64,000 bases of DNA from Escherichia coli (GTDB lineage: Bacteria; Pseudomonadota; Gammaproteobacteria; Enterobacterales; Enterobacteriaceae): assembly GCF_030013595.1 (NCBI RefSeq), contig NZ_CP122768.1, one strand, 5' to 3'. A model generated the notes under the pieces. It saw only the letters and a program-made list of their open reading frames with translations, searched no databases and was not told the origin of the DNA. Below, in pieces: positions 21,790-34,878 of the stretch (its first letter is position 1; each line of letters starts with the position of its first letter). Made by a program: the position numbers and the translations under genes.

Positions 21790-21820
21790 GTAACGTTATG
21801 TAGGCGACAATATAACGACT
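21790..21820 (-). promoter_or_regulatory. ModE operator in modA leader
   Basis: CGTTATATTGTCGCCTACATAACGTTA (minus strand), TAACGTTA-type palindromic half-sites directly upstream of modA. Confidence 0.45.
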
Positions 21821-21940
21821 AACTCGGAATTTTCCCAGCAGTTATTGCTAACCTTTGTGAGGTAGTTAAGAAAAAATATCGGCAGGAAAAGCAGGAAGTT
21901 GAGAAAAAGAAAATGCCCGACTAAGCGGGCATTCAGGGAA

Positions 21941-22108
<168 letters not shown>

Positions 22109-22218
22109 TCATGAGACTATTCTAACCGCTAAGCACAGAAAAGCACTCCCCTTTTGTGCGGTCAGCTTTGCGTGGCGTTCGTTTTCCGTCACAATAAGAC
22201 TTTTGCCAGGACATTGTT

Positions 22219-23007
22219 ATGCAGGCCGAAATCCTTCTCACCCTTAAGCTCCAACAAAAATTATTCGCCGACCCGCGCCGCATTTCGCTACTAAAACACA
22301 TTGCGCTTTCCGGTTCCATTAGCCAGGGAGCGAAAGATGCCGGTATCAGCTATAAAAGCGCCTGGGATGCCATTAACGAGATGAATCAGTTAAGTGAGCA
22401 TATTCTGGTCGAGCGCGCAACAGGCGGTAAAGGTGGCGGCGGCGCAGTACTGACCCGCTATGGTCAGCGACTGATTCAGCTCTATGACTTACTGGCGCAA
22501 ATCCAGCAAAAAGCCTTTGATGTGTTAAGTGACGATGACGCCCTGCCGCTGAACAGCCTGCTGGCCGCGATCTCACGTTTTTCACTGCAAACCAGCGCCC
22601 GTAACCAGTGGTTCGGTACCATCACCGCCCGCGATCATGATGACGTTCAACAGCATGTTGATGTCTTACTGGCTGATGGAAAAACACGCCTGAAAGTCGC
22701 AATTACCGCACAAAGCGGCGCGCGTCTGGGGCTGGATGAAGGCAAAGAAGTGTTGATATTGCTAAAAGCGCCGTGGGTAGGCATTACTCAGGACGAAGCT
22801 GTCGCACAAAACGCCGACAACCAATTACCGGGTATTATTAGTCATATTGAGCGCGGCGCAGAGCAGTGCGAAGTATTAATGGCGCTACCCGACGGGCAAA
22901 CACTGTGCGCCACAGTGCCGGTAAATGAAGCGACTTCTCTTCAGCAAGGACAGAATGTCACGGCCTACTTTAATGCCGACAGCGTGATTATCGCCACGCT
23001 GTGCTAA
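22219..23007 (+). CDS. modE: Molybdate-responsive transcriptional regulator
   Basis: 262 aa. Confidence 0.92.
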   Translation: MQAEILLTLKLQQKLFADPRRISLLKHIALSGSISQGAKDAGISYKSAWDAINEMNQLSEHILVERATGGKGGGGAVLTRYGQRLIQLYDLLAQIQQKAFDVLSDDDALPLNSLLAAISRFSLQTSARNQWFGTITARDHDDVQQHVDVLLADGKTRLKVAITAQSGARLGLDEGKEVLILLKAPWVGITQDEAVAQNADNQLPGIISHIERGAEQCEVLMALPDGQTLCATVPVNEATSLQQGQNVTAYFNADSVIIATLC

Positions 23008-23074
23008 GCGTGTTGACAATTTGTTATGAAACACGTATCCCTGTCAGTAATCGCTGCACAAAATGGGATATAAA

Positions 23075-24547
23075 ATGTCATCGTTGCAAATTTTGCAAGG
23101 CACGTTTCGTCTTGGCGACACAAAAACGCTGCAATTGCCTCAGCTAACGTTAAACGCGGGTGATAGTTGGGCGTTTGTCGGTTCGAATGGAAGCGGGAAA
23201 TCGGCCCTGGCCCGTGCGCTGGCGGGGGAACTTCCGCTTTTGAAAGGTGAACGGCAAAGCCAGTTTTCCCACATCACTCGTCTCTCCTTCGAGCAATTGC
23301 AAAAGCTCGTCAGCGACGAATGGCAGCGGAATAATACCGATATGCTTAGTCCTGGCGAAGATGACACCGGGCGTACCACGGCTGAGATCATTCAGGATGA
23401 AGTAAAGGATACTCCGCGTTGCATGCAACTGGCGCAGCAGTTCGGTATTACCGCCCTCCTCGACCGACTCTTTAAATACCTTTCCACTGGCGAGACGCGA
23501 AAAACCCTGCTGTGTCAGGCGCTGATGTCGGAGCCTGACTTGTTGATTCTTGATGAGCCGTTCGATGGCCTGGATGTTGCCTCACGTCAGCAGCTGGCTG
23601 AGCTACTCGCCTCGTTACATCAGTCCGGTATTACTCTGGTAATGGTGCTCAATCGCTTCGATGAGATCCCAGAATTTGTCCAGTTTGCTGGCGTGCTGGC
23701 GGATTGTACGTTAGCGGAAACTGGCGCTAAAGAGGAACTGCTCCAGCAAGCACTCGTCGCGCAACTGGCGCATAGCGAACAGCTTGAAGGTGTACAACTG
23801 CCGGAGCCGGATGAACCTTCAGCACGTCACGCCTTACCCGCCAACGAACCGCGCATTGTGCTGAACAACGGCGTGGTTTCTTATAACGATCGCCCCATTC
23901 TTAATAACCTTAGCTGGCAGGTGAATCCAGGCGAGCACTGGCAAATTGTCGGGCCAAATGGCGCGGGAAAATCGACGTTATTAAGCCTGATTACTGGCGA
24001 TCATCCGCAAGGTTACAGCAACGATTTGACGCTTTTCGGACGACGTCGCGGCAGCGGCGAAACCATCTGGGATATCAAAAAGCATATCGGTTACGTCAGC
24101 AGTAGTTTGCATCTGGATTACCGGGTCAGCACTACCGTGCGTAATGTGATCCTTTCTGGCTATTTTGATTCGATTGGCATTTATCAGGCCGTTTCGGATC
24201 GCCAGCAAAAACTGGTGCAGCAGTGGCTGGATATTCTCGGCATTGATAAACGCACGGCTGACGCTCCTTTCCATAGTCTTTCCTGGGGGCAACAACGCCT
24301 GGCGCTGATCGTCCGTGCACTGGTGAAACATCCGACGTTGCTTATTCTCGATGAACCACTACAGGGGCTTGATCCGCTCAATCGCCAGCTTATCCGCCGG
24401 TTTGTTGATGTGCTGATTAGCGAAGGTGAAACGCAATTGTTGTTTGTTTCGCACCACGCTGAAGATGCGCCTGCCTGTATTACCCATCGTCTTGAGTTCG
24501 TGCCAGACGGCGGACTCTATCGCTATGTGCTGACAAAAATAAATTGA
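23075..24547 (+). CDS. modF: ModF, ABC-type ATPase with duplicated ATP-binding domains
   Basis: 490 aa from MSSLQ; two Walker A motifs. Confidence 0.88.
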   Translation: MSSLQILQGTFRLGDTKTLQLPQLTLNAGDSWAFVGSNGSGKSALARALAGELPLLKGERQSQFSHITRLSFEQLQKLVSDEWQRNNTDMLSPGEDDTGRTTAEIIQDEVKDTPRCMQLAQQFGITALLDRLFKYLSTGETRKTLLCQALMSEPDLLILDEPFDGLDVASRQQLAELLASLHQSGITLVMVLNRFDEIPEFVQFAGVLADCTLAETGAKEELLQQALVAQLAHSEQLEGVQLPEPDEPSARHALPANEPRIVLNNGVVSYNDRPILNNLSWQVNPGEHWQIVGPNGAGKSTLLSLITGDHPQGYSNDLTLFGRRRGSGETIWDIKKHIGYVSSSLHLDYRVSTTVRNVILSGYFDSIGIYQAVSDRQQKLVQQWLDILGIDKRTADAPFHSLSWGQQRLALIVRALVKHPTLLILDEPLQGLDPLNRQLIRRFVDVLISEGETQLLFVSHHAEDAPACITHRLEFVPDGGLYRYVLTKIN

Positions 24548-24714
24548 GTCGGTAGTGCTGACCGTGCCGGAGGCGGCCTAAGCGCCCTCTCCGGCCAACG
24601 GTTCGACGCATCCAGGCATGAAACCGCGTCTTTTTTTCAGATAAAAAGCGCAATCATTCATAAACCCTCTGTTTTATAATCACTTAATCGCACATAAAAA
24701 AAGGTTAAACTCTT

Positions 24715-24730
24715 GTGTAAACGATTCCAC
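24715..24730 (+). promoter_or_regulatory. gal external operator OE (GalR/GalS site) within gal P1/P2 promoter region
   Basis: GTGTAAACGATTCCAC. Confidence 0.6.
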
Positions 24731-24808
24731 TAATTTATTCCATGTCACACTTTTCGCATCTTTGTTATGCTATGGTTATTTCATACCATAAGCCTAATGG
24801 AGCGAATT

Positions 24809-25825
24809 ATGAGAGTTCTGGTTACCGGTGGTAGCGGTTACATTGGAAGTCATACCTGTGTGCAATTACTGCAAAACGGTCATGATGTCATCATTCTTGA
24901 TAACCTCTGTAACAGTAAGCGCAGCGTACTGCCTGTTATCGAGCGTTTAGGCGGCAAACATCCAACGTTTGTTGAAGGCGATATCCGTAACGAAGCGTTG
25001 ATGACCGAGATCCTGCACGATCACGCTATCGATACCGTGATCCACTTCGCCGGGCTGAAAGCCGTTGGCGAATCGGTACAAAAACCGCTGGAATATTACG
25101 ACAACAATGTTAACGGTACTCTGCGCCTGATTAGCGCCATGCGCGCCGCGAACGTCAAAAACTTTATTTTTAGCTCCTCCGCCACCGTCTATGGCGATCA
25201 GCCCAAAATTCCATACGTTGAAAGCTTCCCGACCGGCACACCGCAAAGCCCTTACGGCAAAAGCAAGCTAATGGTGGAACAGATCCTCACCGATCTGCAA
25301 AAAGCCCAGCCGGACTGGAGCATTGCCCTGCTGCGCTACTTCAACCCGGTTGGCGCGCATCCGTCGGGCGATATGGGCGAAGATCCGCAAGGCATTCCGA
25401 ATAACCTGATGCCATACATCGCCCAGGTTGCTGTAGGCCGTCGCGACTCGCTGGCGATTTTTGGTAACGATTATCCGACCGAAGACGGTACTGGCGTGCG
25501 CGATTACATCCACGTAATGGATCTGGCGGACGGTCACGTCGTGGCGATGGAAAAACTGGCGAACAAGCCAGGCGTACACATCTACAACCTCGGCGCTGGC
25601 GTAGGCAGCAGCGTGCTGGACGTGGTTAATGCCTTCAGCAAAGCCTGCGGCAAACCGGTTAACTATCATTTTGCACCGCGTCGCGAGGGCGACCTTCCGG
25701 CCTACTGGGCGGACGCCAGCAAAGCCGACCGTGAACTGAACTGGCGCGTGACGCGCACACTCGATGAAATGGCGCAGGACACCTGGCACTGGCAGTCACG
25801 CCATCCACAGGGATATCCCGATTAA
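24809..25825 (+). CDS. galE: UDP-glucose 4-epimerase
   Basis: 338 aa from MRVLVTGGSGYIGSH. Confidence 0.95.
   Translation: MRVLVTGGSGYIGSHTCVQLLQNGHDVIILDNLCNSKRSVLPVIERLGGKHPTFVEGDIRNEALMTEILHDHAIDTVIHFAGLKAVGESVQKPLEYYDNNVNGTLRLISAMRAANVKNFIFSSSATVYGDQPKIPYVESFPTGTPQSPYGKSKLMVEQILTDLQKAQPDWSIALLRYFNPVGAHPSGDMGEDPQGIPNNLMPYIAQVAVGRRDSLAIFGNDYPTEDGTGVRDYIHVMDLADGHVVAMEKLANKPGVHIYNLGAGVGSSVLDVVNAFSKACGKPVNYHFAPRREGDLPAYWADASKADRELNWRVTRTLDEMAQDTWHWQSRHPQGYPD
24828..24843 (+). promoter_or_regulatory. gal internal operator OI inside galE
   Basis: GTGGTAGCGGTTACAT. Confidence 0.6.
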
Positions 25826-25834
25826 GGAACGACC

Positions 25835-26881
25835 ATGACGCAATTTAATCCCGTTGATCATCCACATCGCCGCTACAACCCGCTCACCGGGCAATGGATT
25901 CTGGTTTCACCGCACCGCGCTAAGCGCCCCTGGCAGGGGGCGCAGGAAACGCCAGCCAAACAGGTGTTACCTGCGCACGATCCAGATTGCTTCCTCTGCG
26001 CAGGTAATGTGCGGGTGACAGGCGATAAAAACCCCGATTACACCGGGACTTACGTTTTCACTAATGACTTTGCGGCCTTGATGTCTGACACGCCAGATGC
26101 GCCAGAAAGCAACGATCCGCTGATGCGTTGCCAGAGCGCGCGCGGTACCAGCCGGGTGATCTGCTTTTCACCGGATCACAGTAAAACGTTGCCAGAACTG
26201 AGCGTTGCGGCATTGACGGAAATCGTCAAAACCTGGCAGGAGCAAACCGCAGAACTGGGGAAAACATACCCATGGGTGCAGGTCTTTGAAAACAAAGGTG
26301 CGGCGATGGGCTGCTCTAACCCGCATCCGCACGGACAGATTTGGGCAAATAGCTTCCTGCCTAACGAAGCTGAGCGTGAAGACCGCCTGCAAAAAGAATA
26401 TTTTGCCGAACAGAAATCACCAATGCTGGTGGATTATGTTCAGCGCGAGCTGGCAGACGGTAGCCGTACCGTTGTCGAAACCGAACACTGGTTAGCCGTC
26501 GTGCCTTACTGGGCTGCCTGGCCGTTCGAAACGCTACTGCTGCCCAAAGCCCACGTTTTACGGATCACCGATTTGACCGACGCCCAGCGCAGCGATTTGG
26601 CACTGGCGTTGAAAAAGCTGACCAGTCGTTATGACAACCTCTTCCAGTGCTCCTTCCCCTACTCTATGGGCTGGCACGGCGCACCATTTAATGGCGAAGA
26701 GAATCAACACTGGCAGCTGCACGCGCACTTTTATCCGCCTCTGTTGCGCTCCGCCACCGTACGTAAATTTATGGTTGGTTATGAAATGCTGGCAGAGACC
26801 CAGCGAGACCTGACCGCAGAACAGGCAGCAGAGCGTTTGCGCGCAGTCAGCGATATCCATTTTCGCGAATCCGGAGTGTAA
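25835..26881 (+). CDS. galT: Galactose-1-phosphate uridylyltransferase
   Basis: 348 aa. Confidence 0.95.
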   Translation: MTQFNPVDHPHRRYNPLTGQWILVSPHRAKRPWQGAQETPAKQVLPAHDPDCFLCAGNVRVTGDKNPDYTGTYVFTNDFAALMSDTPDAPESNDPLMRCQSARGTSRVICFSPDHSKTLPELSVAALTEIVKTWQEQTAELGKTYPWVQVFENKGAAMGCSNPHPHGQIWANSFLPNEAEREDRLQKEYFAEQKSPMLVDYVQRELADGSRTVVETEHWLAVVPYWAAWPFETLLLPKAHVLRITDLTDAQRSDLALALKKLTSRYDNLFQCSFPYSMGWHGAPFNGEENQHWQLHAHFYPPLLRSATVRKFMVGYEMLAETQRDLTAEQAAERLRAVSDIHFRESGV

Positions 26882-26884
26882 GAA

Positions 26885-28033
26885 ATGAGTCTGAAAGAAA
26901 AAACACAATCTCTGTTTGCCAACGCATTTGGCTACCCTGCCACTCACACCATTCAGGCGCCTGGCCGCGTGAATTTGATTGGTGAACACACCGACTACAA
27001 CGACGGTTTCGTTCTGCCCTGCGCGATTGATTATCAAACCGTGATCAGTTGTGCACCACGCGATGACCGTAAAGTTCGCGTGATGGCAGCCGATTATGAA
27101 AATCAGCTCGACGAGTTTTCCCTCGATGCGCCCATTGTCGCGCATGAAAGCTATCAATGGGCGAACTACGTTCGTGGCGTGGTGAAACATCTGCAACTGC
27201 GTAACAACAGCTTCGGCGGTGTGGACATGGTGATCAGCGGCAATGTGCCGCAGGGTGCCGGGTTAAGTTCTTCCGCTTCACTGGAAGTCGCGGTCGGAAC
27301 CGTATTGCAGCAGCTTTATCATCTGCCGCTGGACGGCGCACAAATCGCGCTTAACGGTCAGGAAGCAGAAAACCAGTTTGTTGGCTGTAACTGCGGGATC
27401 ATGGATCAGCTAATTTCCGCACTCGGCAAGAAAGATCATGCCTTGCTGATTGACTGCCGCTCACTGGGGACTAAAGCAGTTTCCATGCCGAAAGGTGTGG
27501 CTGTCGTCATCATTAACAGTAACTTCAAACGTACCCTGGTTGGCAGCGAATACAACACCCGTCGTGAACAGTGCGAAACCGGTGCGCGTTTCTTCCAGCA
27601 GCCAGCCCTGCGCGATGTCACCATTGAAGAGTTCAACGCTGTTGCGCATGAACTGGACCCAATCGTGGCGAAACGCGTGCGTCATATCCTGACTGAAAAC
27701 GCCCGCACCTTTGAAGCTGCCAGCGCGCTGGAGCAAGGCGACCTGAAACGTATGGGCGAGTTGATGGCGGAGTCTCATGCCTCTATGCGCGATGATTTCG
27801 AAATCACCGTGCCGCAAATTGACACTCTGGTAGAAATCGTCAAAGCTGTGATTGGCGACAAAGGTGGCGTACGCATGACCGGCGGCGGATTTGGCGGCTG
27901 TATCGTCGCGCTGATCCCGGAAGAGCTGGTGCCTGCCGTACAGCAAGCTGTCGCTGAACAATATGAAGCAAAAACAGGTATTAAAGAGACTTTTTACGTT
28001 TGTAAACCATCACAAGGAGCAGGACAGTGCTGA
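26885..28033 (+). CDS. galK: Galactokinase
   Basis: 382 aa. Confidence 0.95.
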   Translation: MSLKEKTQSLFANAFGYPATHTIQAPGRVNLIGEHTDYNDGFVLPCAIDYQTVISCAPRDDRKVRVMAADYENQLDEFSLDAPIVAHESYQWANYVRGVVKHLQLRNNSFGGVDMVISGNVPQGAGLSSSASLEVAVGTVLQQLYHLPLDGAQIALNGQEAENQFVGCNCGIMDQLISALGKKDHALLIDCRSLGTKAVSMPKGVAVVIINSNFKRTLVGSEYNTRREQCETGARFFQQPALRDVTIEEFNAVAHELDPIVAKRVRHILTENARTFEAASALEQGDLKRMGELMAESHASMRDDFEITVPQIDTLVEIVKAVIGDKGGVRMTGGGFGGCIVALIPEELVPAVQQAVAEQYEAKTGIKETFYVCKPSQGAGQC

Positions 28034-29067
28034 ACGAAACTCCCGCACTGGCACCCGATGGTCAGCCGTACCGACTGTTAACTTTGCGTAACAACGCAGG
28101 GATGGTAGTCACGCTGATGGACTGGGGTGCGACTTTACTTTCAGCCCGTATTCCGCTTTCCGATGGCAGCGTCCGCGAGGCGCTGCTCGGCTGTGCCAGC
28201 CCGGAATGCTATCAGGAGCAGGCCGCGTTTCTGGGGGCCTCTATTGGTCGTTATGCCAACCGCATCGCCAATAGCCGTTATACCTTTGACGGTGAAACCG
28301 TGACGCTTTCGCCAAGTCAGGGCGTCAACCAATTGCACGGCGGCCCGGAAGGGTTCGACAAACGTCGCTGGCAGATTGTGAACCAGAACGATCGTCAGGT
28401 GCTGTTTGCCCTGAGTTCAGATGATGGCGATCAGGGCTTCCCGGGTAATCTCGGCGCGACGGTGCAATATCGTCTGACCGACGATAACCGTATCTCCATT
28501 ACTTATCGCGCCACAGTTGATAAACCTTGCCCGGTGAATATGACTAATCACGTCTATTTCAATCTTGACGGCGAGCAGTCTGACGTGCGCAATCACAAGT
28601 TGCAGATTCTGGCGGACGAATATCTGCCGGTTGATGAAGGCGGCATTCCCCACGACGGCCTGAAATCTGTCGCCGGAACGTCTTTTGATTTCCGCAGCGC
28701 CAAAATCATCGCCAGTGAGTTTCTTGCCGACGACGATCAGCGCAAAGTGAAAGGTTACGATCACGCGTTCTTGTTACAGGCCAAAGGCGATGGCAAGAAA
28801 GTGGCGGCGCATGTCTGGTCAGCAGATGAAAAATTGCAGCTGAAGGTCTACACCACCGCTCCGGCTCTGCAATTCTACTCCGGCAACTTCCTCGGCGGCA
28901 CACCGTCGCGGGGAACCGAACCTTACGCCGACTGGCAAGGGCTGGCTCTGGAAAGCGAATTTCTGCCGGACAGCCCGAACCACCCTGAATGGCCGCAACC
29001 AGACTGCTTCCTGCGTCCTGGCGAAGAGTATTCCAGCCTGACGGAATATCAGTTTATTGCTCAGTAA
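28027..29067 (+). CDS. galM: Aldose 1-epimerase (mutarotase)
   Basis: 346 aa. Confidence 0.95.
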   Translation: MLNETPALAPDGQPYRLLTLRNNAGMVVTLMDWGATLLSARIPLSDGSVREALLGCASPECYQEQAAFLGASIGRYANRIANSRYTFDGETVTLSPSQGVNQLHGGPEGFDKRRWQIVNQNDRQVLFALSSDDGDQGFPGNLGATVQYRLTDDNRISITYRATVDKPCPVNMTNHVYFNLDGEQSDVRNHKLQILADEYLPVDEGGIPHDGLKSVAGTSFDFRSAKIIASEFLADDDQRKVKGYDHAFLLQAKGDGKKVAAHVWSADEKLQLKVYTTAPALQFYSGNFLGGTPSRGTEPYADWQGLALESEFLPDSPNHPEWPQPDCFLRPGEEYSSLTEYQFIAQ

Positions 29068-29269
29068 TGTTAAGCCCTCGTCATGAGGGCTTTATCCTCA
29101 TATTGTTCAAATCACCAGCAAACACCGACATATTTGCAACTCAATATTCACAACAACCTTACACTGCGACACTATTTTCGCTATGGTTATGCGTAAGCAT
29201 TGCTGTTGCTTCGTCACGGCAATATAATGAGAATTATTATCATTAAAAGATGATTTGAGGAGTAAGTAT

Positions 29270-30022
29270 ATGGCTGTAACTAAGCTGGTTCTGGTTCGTC
29301 ATGGCGAAAGTCAGTGGAACAAAGAAAACCGTTTCACCGGTTGGTACGACGTGGATCTGTCTGAGAAAGGCGTAAGCGAAGCAAAAGCAGCAGGTAAGCT
29401 GCTGAAAGAGGAAGGTTACAGCTTTGACTTTGCTTACACCTCTGTGCTGAAACGCGCTATTCATACCCTGTGGAATGTGCTGGACGAACTGGATCAGGCA
29501 TGGCTGCCCGTTGAGAAATCCTGGAAACTGAACGAACGTCACTACGGTGCGTTGCAGGGTCTGAACAAAGCGGAAACTGCTGAAAAGTATGGCGACGAGC
29601 AGGTGAAACAGTGGCGTCGTGGTTTTGCAGTGACTCCGCCGGAACTGACTAAAGATGATGAGCGTTATCCGGGTCACGATCCGCGTTACGCGAAACTGAG
29701 CGAGAAAGAACTGCCGCTGACGGAAAGCCTGGCGCTGACCATTGACCGCGTGATCCCTTACTGGAATGAAACTATTCTACCGCGTATGAAGAGCGGTGAG
29801 CGCGTAATCATCGCTGCACACGGTAACTCGTTACGTGCGCTGGTGAAATATCTTGATAACATGAGCGAAGAAGAGATTCTTGAGCTGAATATCCCGACCG
29901 GCGTGCCGCTGGTTTATGAGTTTGACGAGAACTTCAAACCGCTGAAACGCTATTATCTGGGTAATGCTGACGAGATCGCGGCGAAAGCAGCAGCCGTTGC
30001 GAACCAGGGTAAAGCGAAGTAA
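29270..30022 (+). CDS. gpmA: 2,3-bisphosphoglycerate-dependent phosphoglycerate mutase
   Basis: 250 aa from [17 protein letters not shown]. Confidence 0.95.
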
Positions 30023-30044
30023 ACGTCATTCGTTTAAAAATGAG

Positions 30045-30076
30045 AAAGCCGACTGCAAGTGAGTCGGCTTTTTTGT
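30045..30076. terminator. Bidirectional rho-independent terminator between gpmA and aroG
   Basis: AGCCGACT-gcaagtg-AGTCGGCT hairpin flanked by A-run and T-run; REP follows. Confidence 0.5.
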
Positions 30077-30187
30077 TTGTCGTTGCTAACAATGGAGCAC
30101 ATTGCCTGATGCGACGCTGCGCGTCTTGCCAGGGCTACGGTGATTCATCGGATACGCCACTCTGACGGCGCATCCGACAATTAAACC

Positions 30188-31240
30188 TTACCCGCGACGC
30201 GCTTTTACTGCATTCGCCAGTTGACGTAACAGAGCATCGGTATCATCCCAGCCAATGCAGGCATCGGTGATGCTCTTGCCATAGGCCAGCGGTTCCCCAC
30301 TCTCGAGGCTCTGATTGCCTTCCACCAGATGGCTTTCCACCATCACGCCAATAATGGCCTTTTCGCCACCGGCAATCTGCTGGCAAACGTCAGTACAAAC
30401 ATCCATCTGCTTTTTGAATTGTTTGGACGAATTAGCATGGCTGAAATCGATCATCACCTGTGCTGGCAGGCCTGCTTTGTTCAGCCCTTCTTTCACTTCA
30501 GCAACGTGCTTCGCGCTGTAGTTAGGCTCTTTACCGCCGCGCAGAATGATATGGCAATCGCCGTTACCGCTGGTATTCACAATCGCCGAATGCCCCCATT
30601 TCGTTACGGACAGGAAGCAGTGCGGCGCACCGGCGGCATTAATGGCATCGATAGCCACTTTAATCGTACCATCAGTGCCATTTTTGAAGCCTACCGGGCA
30701 AGAAAGACCAGACGCCAGTTCGCGGTGCACCTGCGATTCCGTGGTACGTGCGCCAATTGCGCCCCAGCTCATCAGGTCAGCGAGATACTGCGGGGTGATC
30801 ATATCGAGAAATTCACCCGCCGCTGGCAGACCGCTATCGTTAATATCGAGCAGCAATTTACGGGCGATTCGCAAACCGTCGTTGATCTGGAAGCTGTTAT
30901 CCATATGTGGATCGTTAATCAGCCCTTTCCAGCCCACCGTGGTGCGCGGCTTTTCAAAATAGACGCGCATCACGATTTCCAGCTCATCTTGCAGCTCTTC
31001 ACGCAGCGCCAGCAAGCGAGTGGCATACTCTTTAGCAGCGACAGGATCATGAATTGAGCACGGACCAATCACAACCAACAGGCGATCATCATTACCTTTC
31101 AGGATCTTATGGATCGCTTTTCGGGCATGGGCGACCGTATTCGCGGCATTTTCAGTAGCGGGGAATTTTTCCAGCAATGCGACAGGAGGAAGTAACTCTT
31201 TGATTTCTTTGATGCGTAAATCGTCGTTCTGATAATTCAT
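30188..31240 (-). CDS. aroG: DAHP synthase, Phe-sensitive
   Basis: 350 aa MNYQNDDLRIKEIKELLPP. Confidence 0.95.
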   Translation of the reverse strand: MNYQNDDLRIKEIKELLPPVALLEKFPATENAANTVAHARKAIHKILKGNDDRLLVVIGPCSIHDPVAAKEYATRLLALREELQDELEIVMRVYFEKPRTTVGWKGLINDPHMDNSFQINDGLRIARKLLLDINDSGLPAAGEFLDMITPQYLADLMSWGAIGARTTESQVHRELASGLSCPVGFKNGTDGTIKVAIDAINAAGAPHCFLSVTKWGHSAIVNTSGNGDCHIILRGGKEPNYSAKHVAEVKEGLNKAGLPAQVMIDFSHANSSKQFKKQMDVCTDVCQQIAGGEKAIIGVMVESHLVEGNQSLESGEPLAYGKSITDACIGWDDTDALLRQLANAVKARRG

Positions 31241-31555
31241 GTCTGTTCCAGTGTTGCCATACTTATCTTAGTGAATGCAATACTTCCAATCTATATCTTC
31301 CGTCAGAATGTGTAAACGGGGTTTTACACTATGAACGGATTAATCCTGGAATTAGCAAGAAAAACGCCAGATTGTCGCGAAAAACGAGATCTCTCCTACA
31401 ATTTCTAACTGTAACTCCTTTGTTTGTTAATTATTTCAAGATTCTCTGCTGGGTATCTTTGCCTGGCTGAAATCTTAAACCATTGCCTTATATTCACCTG
31501 CAAATGCACTGTTGGAAGAGGTTATCCGACATAACGACCATAACAGGAGCATCCT

Positions 31556-31936
31556 ATGAAAATGACAAAACTGGCCACACTATTTTTGACTGCCACTCTA
31601 AGCCTTGCCAGCGGTGCCGCACTGGCTGCCGATAGCGGAGCGCAAAGCAATAACGGCCAGGCAAACGCCGCAGCTGATGCGGGCCAGGTAGCCCCTGATG
31701 CCCGTGAAAATGTCGCGCCAAATAACGTCGACAATAACGGGGTAAATACCGGTTCTGGCGGCACAATGCTGCATCCGGATGGTTCTTCAATGAACAATGA
31801 CGGCATGACCAAAGATGAAGAGCACAAGAACACCATGTGCAAAGATGGTCGCTGTCCGGATATCAATAAAAAGGTACAAACTGGTGATGGCATCAACAAT
31901 GATGTCGATACCAAAACCGACGGTACCACGCAGTAA
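31556..31936 (+). CDS. ybgS: YbgS, secreted low-complexity protein
   Basis: 126 aa with signal peptide. Confidence 0.8.
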   Translation: MKMTKLATLFLTATLSLASGAALAADSGAQSNNGQANAAADAGQVAPDARENVAPNNVDNNGVNTGSGGTMLHPDGSSMNNDGMTKDEEHKNTMCKDGRCPDINKKVQTGDGINNDVDTKTDGTTQ

Positions 31937-32049
31937 CCCTGCGAAATAGCCAATAATGGGAGAGCGGAGTCTCTCCCTTTTAATTTTTCCCTTCTAAAAG
32001 CAGTATGATGTCATAAAGTTAAGTGAGAATAATTAAGGGATGACTCGTC

Positions 32050-32991
32050 ATGGCGCACTCACACTCACACACTTCCTCACACCTGCCAGAAGATAATAAT
32101 GCTCGTCGCTTGTTGTATGCTTTCGGCGTGACTGCCGGGTTTATGCTCGTAGAAGTCATTGGTGGTTTTCTTTCCGGTTCTCTGGCATTGCTGGCCGATG
32201 CGGGTCATATGTTGACCGATACTGCCGCCCTGCTTTTCGCCCTACTCGCAGTGCAATTTTCCCGTCGTCCTCCCACCATTCGCCACACTTTCGGTTGGCT
32301 AAGATTGACCACGCTCGCGGCGTTTGTGAATGCCATCGCCCTGGTGGTGATTACTATTTTGATTGTCTGGGAGGCGATAGAACGCTTCCGCACTCCGCGT
32401 CCGGTCGAGGGCGGCATGATGATGGCAATTGCCGTGGCTGGGCTGCTGGCAAATATACTTTCTTTCTGGTTACTTCATCACGGCAGCGAAGAGAAAAACC
32501 TCAACGTGCGAGCAGCGGCACTGCATGTGCTCGGGGACCTGCTGGGTTCGGTTGGGGCTATTATTGCCGCGTTGATTATTATCTGGACCGGCTGGACACC
32601 TGCTGACCCCATTCTCTCAATACTGGTGTCGCTTCTGGTTCTGCGTAGCGCGTGGCGACTGTTGAAAGATAGCGTGAATGAATTACTTGAAGGTGCACCG
32701 GTATCGCTGGATATCGCCGAACTGAAGCGTCGTATGTGCCGGGAAATCCCGGAAGTCCGCAATGTGCACCATGTACATGTATGGATGGTAGGCGAGAAGC
32801 CGGTGATGACGCTGCATGTGCAGGTGATCCCGCCACACGATCACGATGCCTTGTTAGATCAGATCCAACACTACCTGATGGATCACTATCAGATTGAGCA
32901 CGCCACTATTCAGATGGAATATCAACCTTGTCATGGGCCAGACTGCCACCTGAATGAAGGGGTGTCTGGCCATTCACATCATCACCATTAA
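32050..32991 (+). CDS. zitB: Zinc efflux transporter (CDF family)
   Basis: 313 aa, His-rich termini. Confidence 0.9.
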   Translation: MAHSHSHTSSHLPEDNNARRLLYAFGVTAGFMLVEVIGGFLSGSLALLADAGHMLTDTAALLFALLAVQFSRRPPTIRHTFGWLRLTTLAAFVNAIALVVITILIVWEAIERFRTPRPVEGGMMMAIAVAGLLANILSFWLLHHGSEEKNLNVRAAALHVLGDLLGSVGAIIAALIIIWTGWTPADPILSILVSLLVLRSAWRLLKDSVNELLEGAPVSLDIAELKRRMCREIPEVRNVHHVHVWMVGEKPVMTLHVQVIPPHDHDALLDQIQHYLMDHYQIEHATIQMEYQPCHGPDCHLNEGVSGHSHHHH

Positions 32992-33707
32992 TGGGACAGC
33001 GCGCGTGAACCTCTTTCGCGTGCGCTGTTGATCCACATCCGGCTGCCGTTGAGGGCAATAAAGGTCAGGATGATGTACTCCAGAGACATGGCGTAAACGC
33101 CCTGAAGTGCAAAAATAACGACGCTAATCACGTTAATAATCACCCACAACAGCCAGTTTTCCACATACTTACGCGTCATCAGAATCATTGCCACGATAGA
33201 TAACACCATCATGCATGAATCCCAGAACGGGAAAGCGTCCGGTTGCAGTTCAGGCATCACAACCTGTAATCCTAATGCTTGCATGATCATGACTGCCACG
33301 CGGGTCAAAAATGCAAACACCGGATTGATAAATACCGTCATCAGACCAATCGAAACAACGCAAACCGCCAACCAGCTTAGCGCCTTCGGCAATGGCAACC
33401 AGCGAATTTTCAACTCCGCCTCGTTCTGACTGGTTTGTCGCGACCACGCATACCAACCGTAAATATTCGCGGCAAAGAAAAACACCTGTAATAGCAGGCT
33501 GGCATACAGCTGAATCTGAAAGAAAATAATGCCAAACAAGGTGACGTTGATCAGGCCAAAGAAGTAGTTGCTGATCTTCTCCAGACTGGCAAGGCCAATA
33601 CACAGCAACCCGGCGATCGTGCCTACCGCTTCGATCCATGAGAGATCATAACCGCCTGCTCCTATTGGTATATGTACCAGGATATTCTGCACACTAAAAA
33701 AATCCAT
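32988..33707 (-). CDS. pnuC: Nicotinamide riboside transporter
   Basis: 239 aa membrane protein. Confidence 0.9.
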   Translation of the reverse strand: MDFFSVQNILVHIPIGAGGYDLSWIEAVGTIAGLLCIGLASLEKISNYFFGLINVTLFGIIFFQIQLYASLLLQVFFFAANIYGWYAWSRQTSQNEAELKIRWLPLPKALSWLAVCVVSIGLMTVFINPVFAFLTRVAVMIMQALGLQVVMPELQPDAFPFWDSCMMVLSIVAMILMTRKYVENWLLWVIINVISVVIFALQGVYAMSLEYIILTFIALNGSRMWINSARERGSRALSH

Positions 33708-33744
33708 CTTTCCCCCAAAGCGTAACGTTACGCCTTATTATTCG

Positions 33745-34788
33745 TTATCCACGTAGTGTAGCCGCAAAATCCAGCATACGATTGAGCGGCACCAGCGCCC
33801 TCTCTCGCAGCCTTTCATCAACATGAACCTCGTGATTGCTTCCTTCCTGTTCTAATGCCTCTGCGATGGCCTGAAGGCCATTCATGGCCATCCACGGACA
33901 ATGCGCGCAGCTGCGGCAGGTTGCACCCTCACCTGCGGTTGGTGCTTCCAGTAACTCTTTATCTGGCACCGCCTGCTGCATTTTGTAGAAAATACCCCGA
34001 TCGGTTGCCACAATAAGCCTCTGATGTGGCAATGTTTTCGCAGCAGCGATCAGTTGACTGGTGGAACCGACCGCATCCGCCATATCGACAATAGCTTGTG
34101 GTGATTCTGGATGCACCAGTATGGCAGCATCCGGGTATTCTTCTTGCAAGCGGGTTAACGCCTGAGTCTTAAATTCATCATGCACAATGCAGGCACCCTG
34201 CCAGCATAAAATGTCTGCGCCCGTCTGTTTTTGCACGTAACGCCCCAGATGTTTGTCGGGAGCCCAGATGATTTTTTCACCCAAACTATCCAGATGATCA
34301 ATAAGTTCGACAGCAATGCTTGAAGTTACCACCCAATCTGCCCGCGCTTTTACCGCAGCAGAAGTGTTGGCGTAGACGACGACAGTATGATCGGGATGGG
34401 CATCGCAAAATGCGTTAAATTCTTCAACTGGGCAGCCGAGATCCAGTGAACATTCAGCCTGAAGTGTCGGCATCAGAATTGTTTTTTCCGGACTGAGAAT
34501 TTTGGCGGTTTCTCCCATAAATCTCACCCCAGCGACTAACAACGTAGAAGCGGGATGCTTTGCACCGAAGCGCGCCATTTCCAGAGAATCAGAAATACAG
34601 CCACCGGTTTCTTCTGCCAGTTGTTGAATTTCGGGATCGGTATAGTAATGGGCAACCATCACCGCATTACGTTCTTTTAGCAGACGTTTTATCTTCTCGC
34701 GGTAATACGCTTTTTCATCAATGCTTAACGGCGTCGGCTTCGGGGGGAAAGGATAAATCGCCGTGTCTGGATCAAACATCACGCTCAT
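33745..34788 (-). CDS. nadA: Quinolinate synthase
   Basis: 347 aa. Confidence 0.95.
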   Translation of the reverse strand: MSVMFDPDTAIYPFPPKPTPLSIDEKAYYREKIKRLLKERNAVMVAHYYTDPEIQQLAEETGGCISDSLEMARFGAKHPASTLLVAGVRFMGETAKILSPEKTILMPTLQAECSLDLGCPVEEFNAFCDAHPDHTVVVYANTSAAVKARADWVVTSSIAVELIDHLDSLGEKIIWAPDKHLGRYVQKQTGADILCWQGACIVHDEFKTQALTRLQEEYPDAAILVHPESPQAIVDMADAVGSTSQLIAAAKTLPHQRLIVATDRGIFYKMQQAVPDKELLEAPTAGEGATCRSCAHCPWMAMNGLQAIAEALEQEGSNHEVHVDERLRERALVPLNRMLDFAATLRG

Positions 34789-34860
34789 CTTACCATCTCG
34801 TTTTACAGGCTTAACGTTAAAACCGACATGAGCGTAATATTCGCTGTTATCGGTGTAATT

Positions 34861-34878
34861 TGTTTTATATGCTAAACA
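34861..34878 (-). promoter_or_regulatory. Candidate NadR box upstream of nadA-pnuC
   Basis: TGTTTtatatgcTAAACA inverted repeat. Confidence 0.4.

Noticed and set aside
24548-24600. REP-like hairpin after modF (CCGGAGGCGGCC...CCTCTCCGG)
   Set aside because: It forms a hairpin but does not match the REP consensus well enough to call; could simply be the modF terminator.
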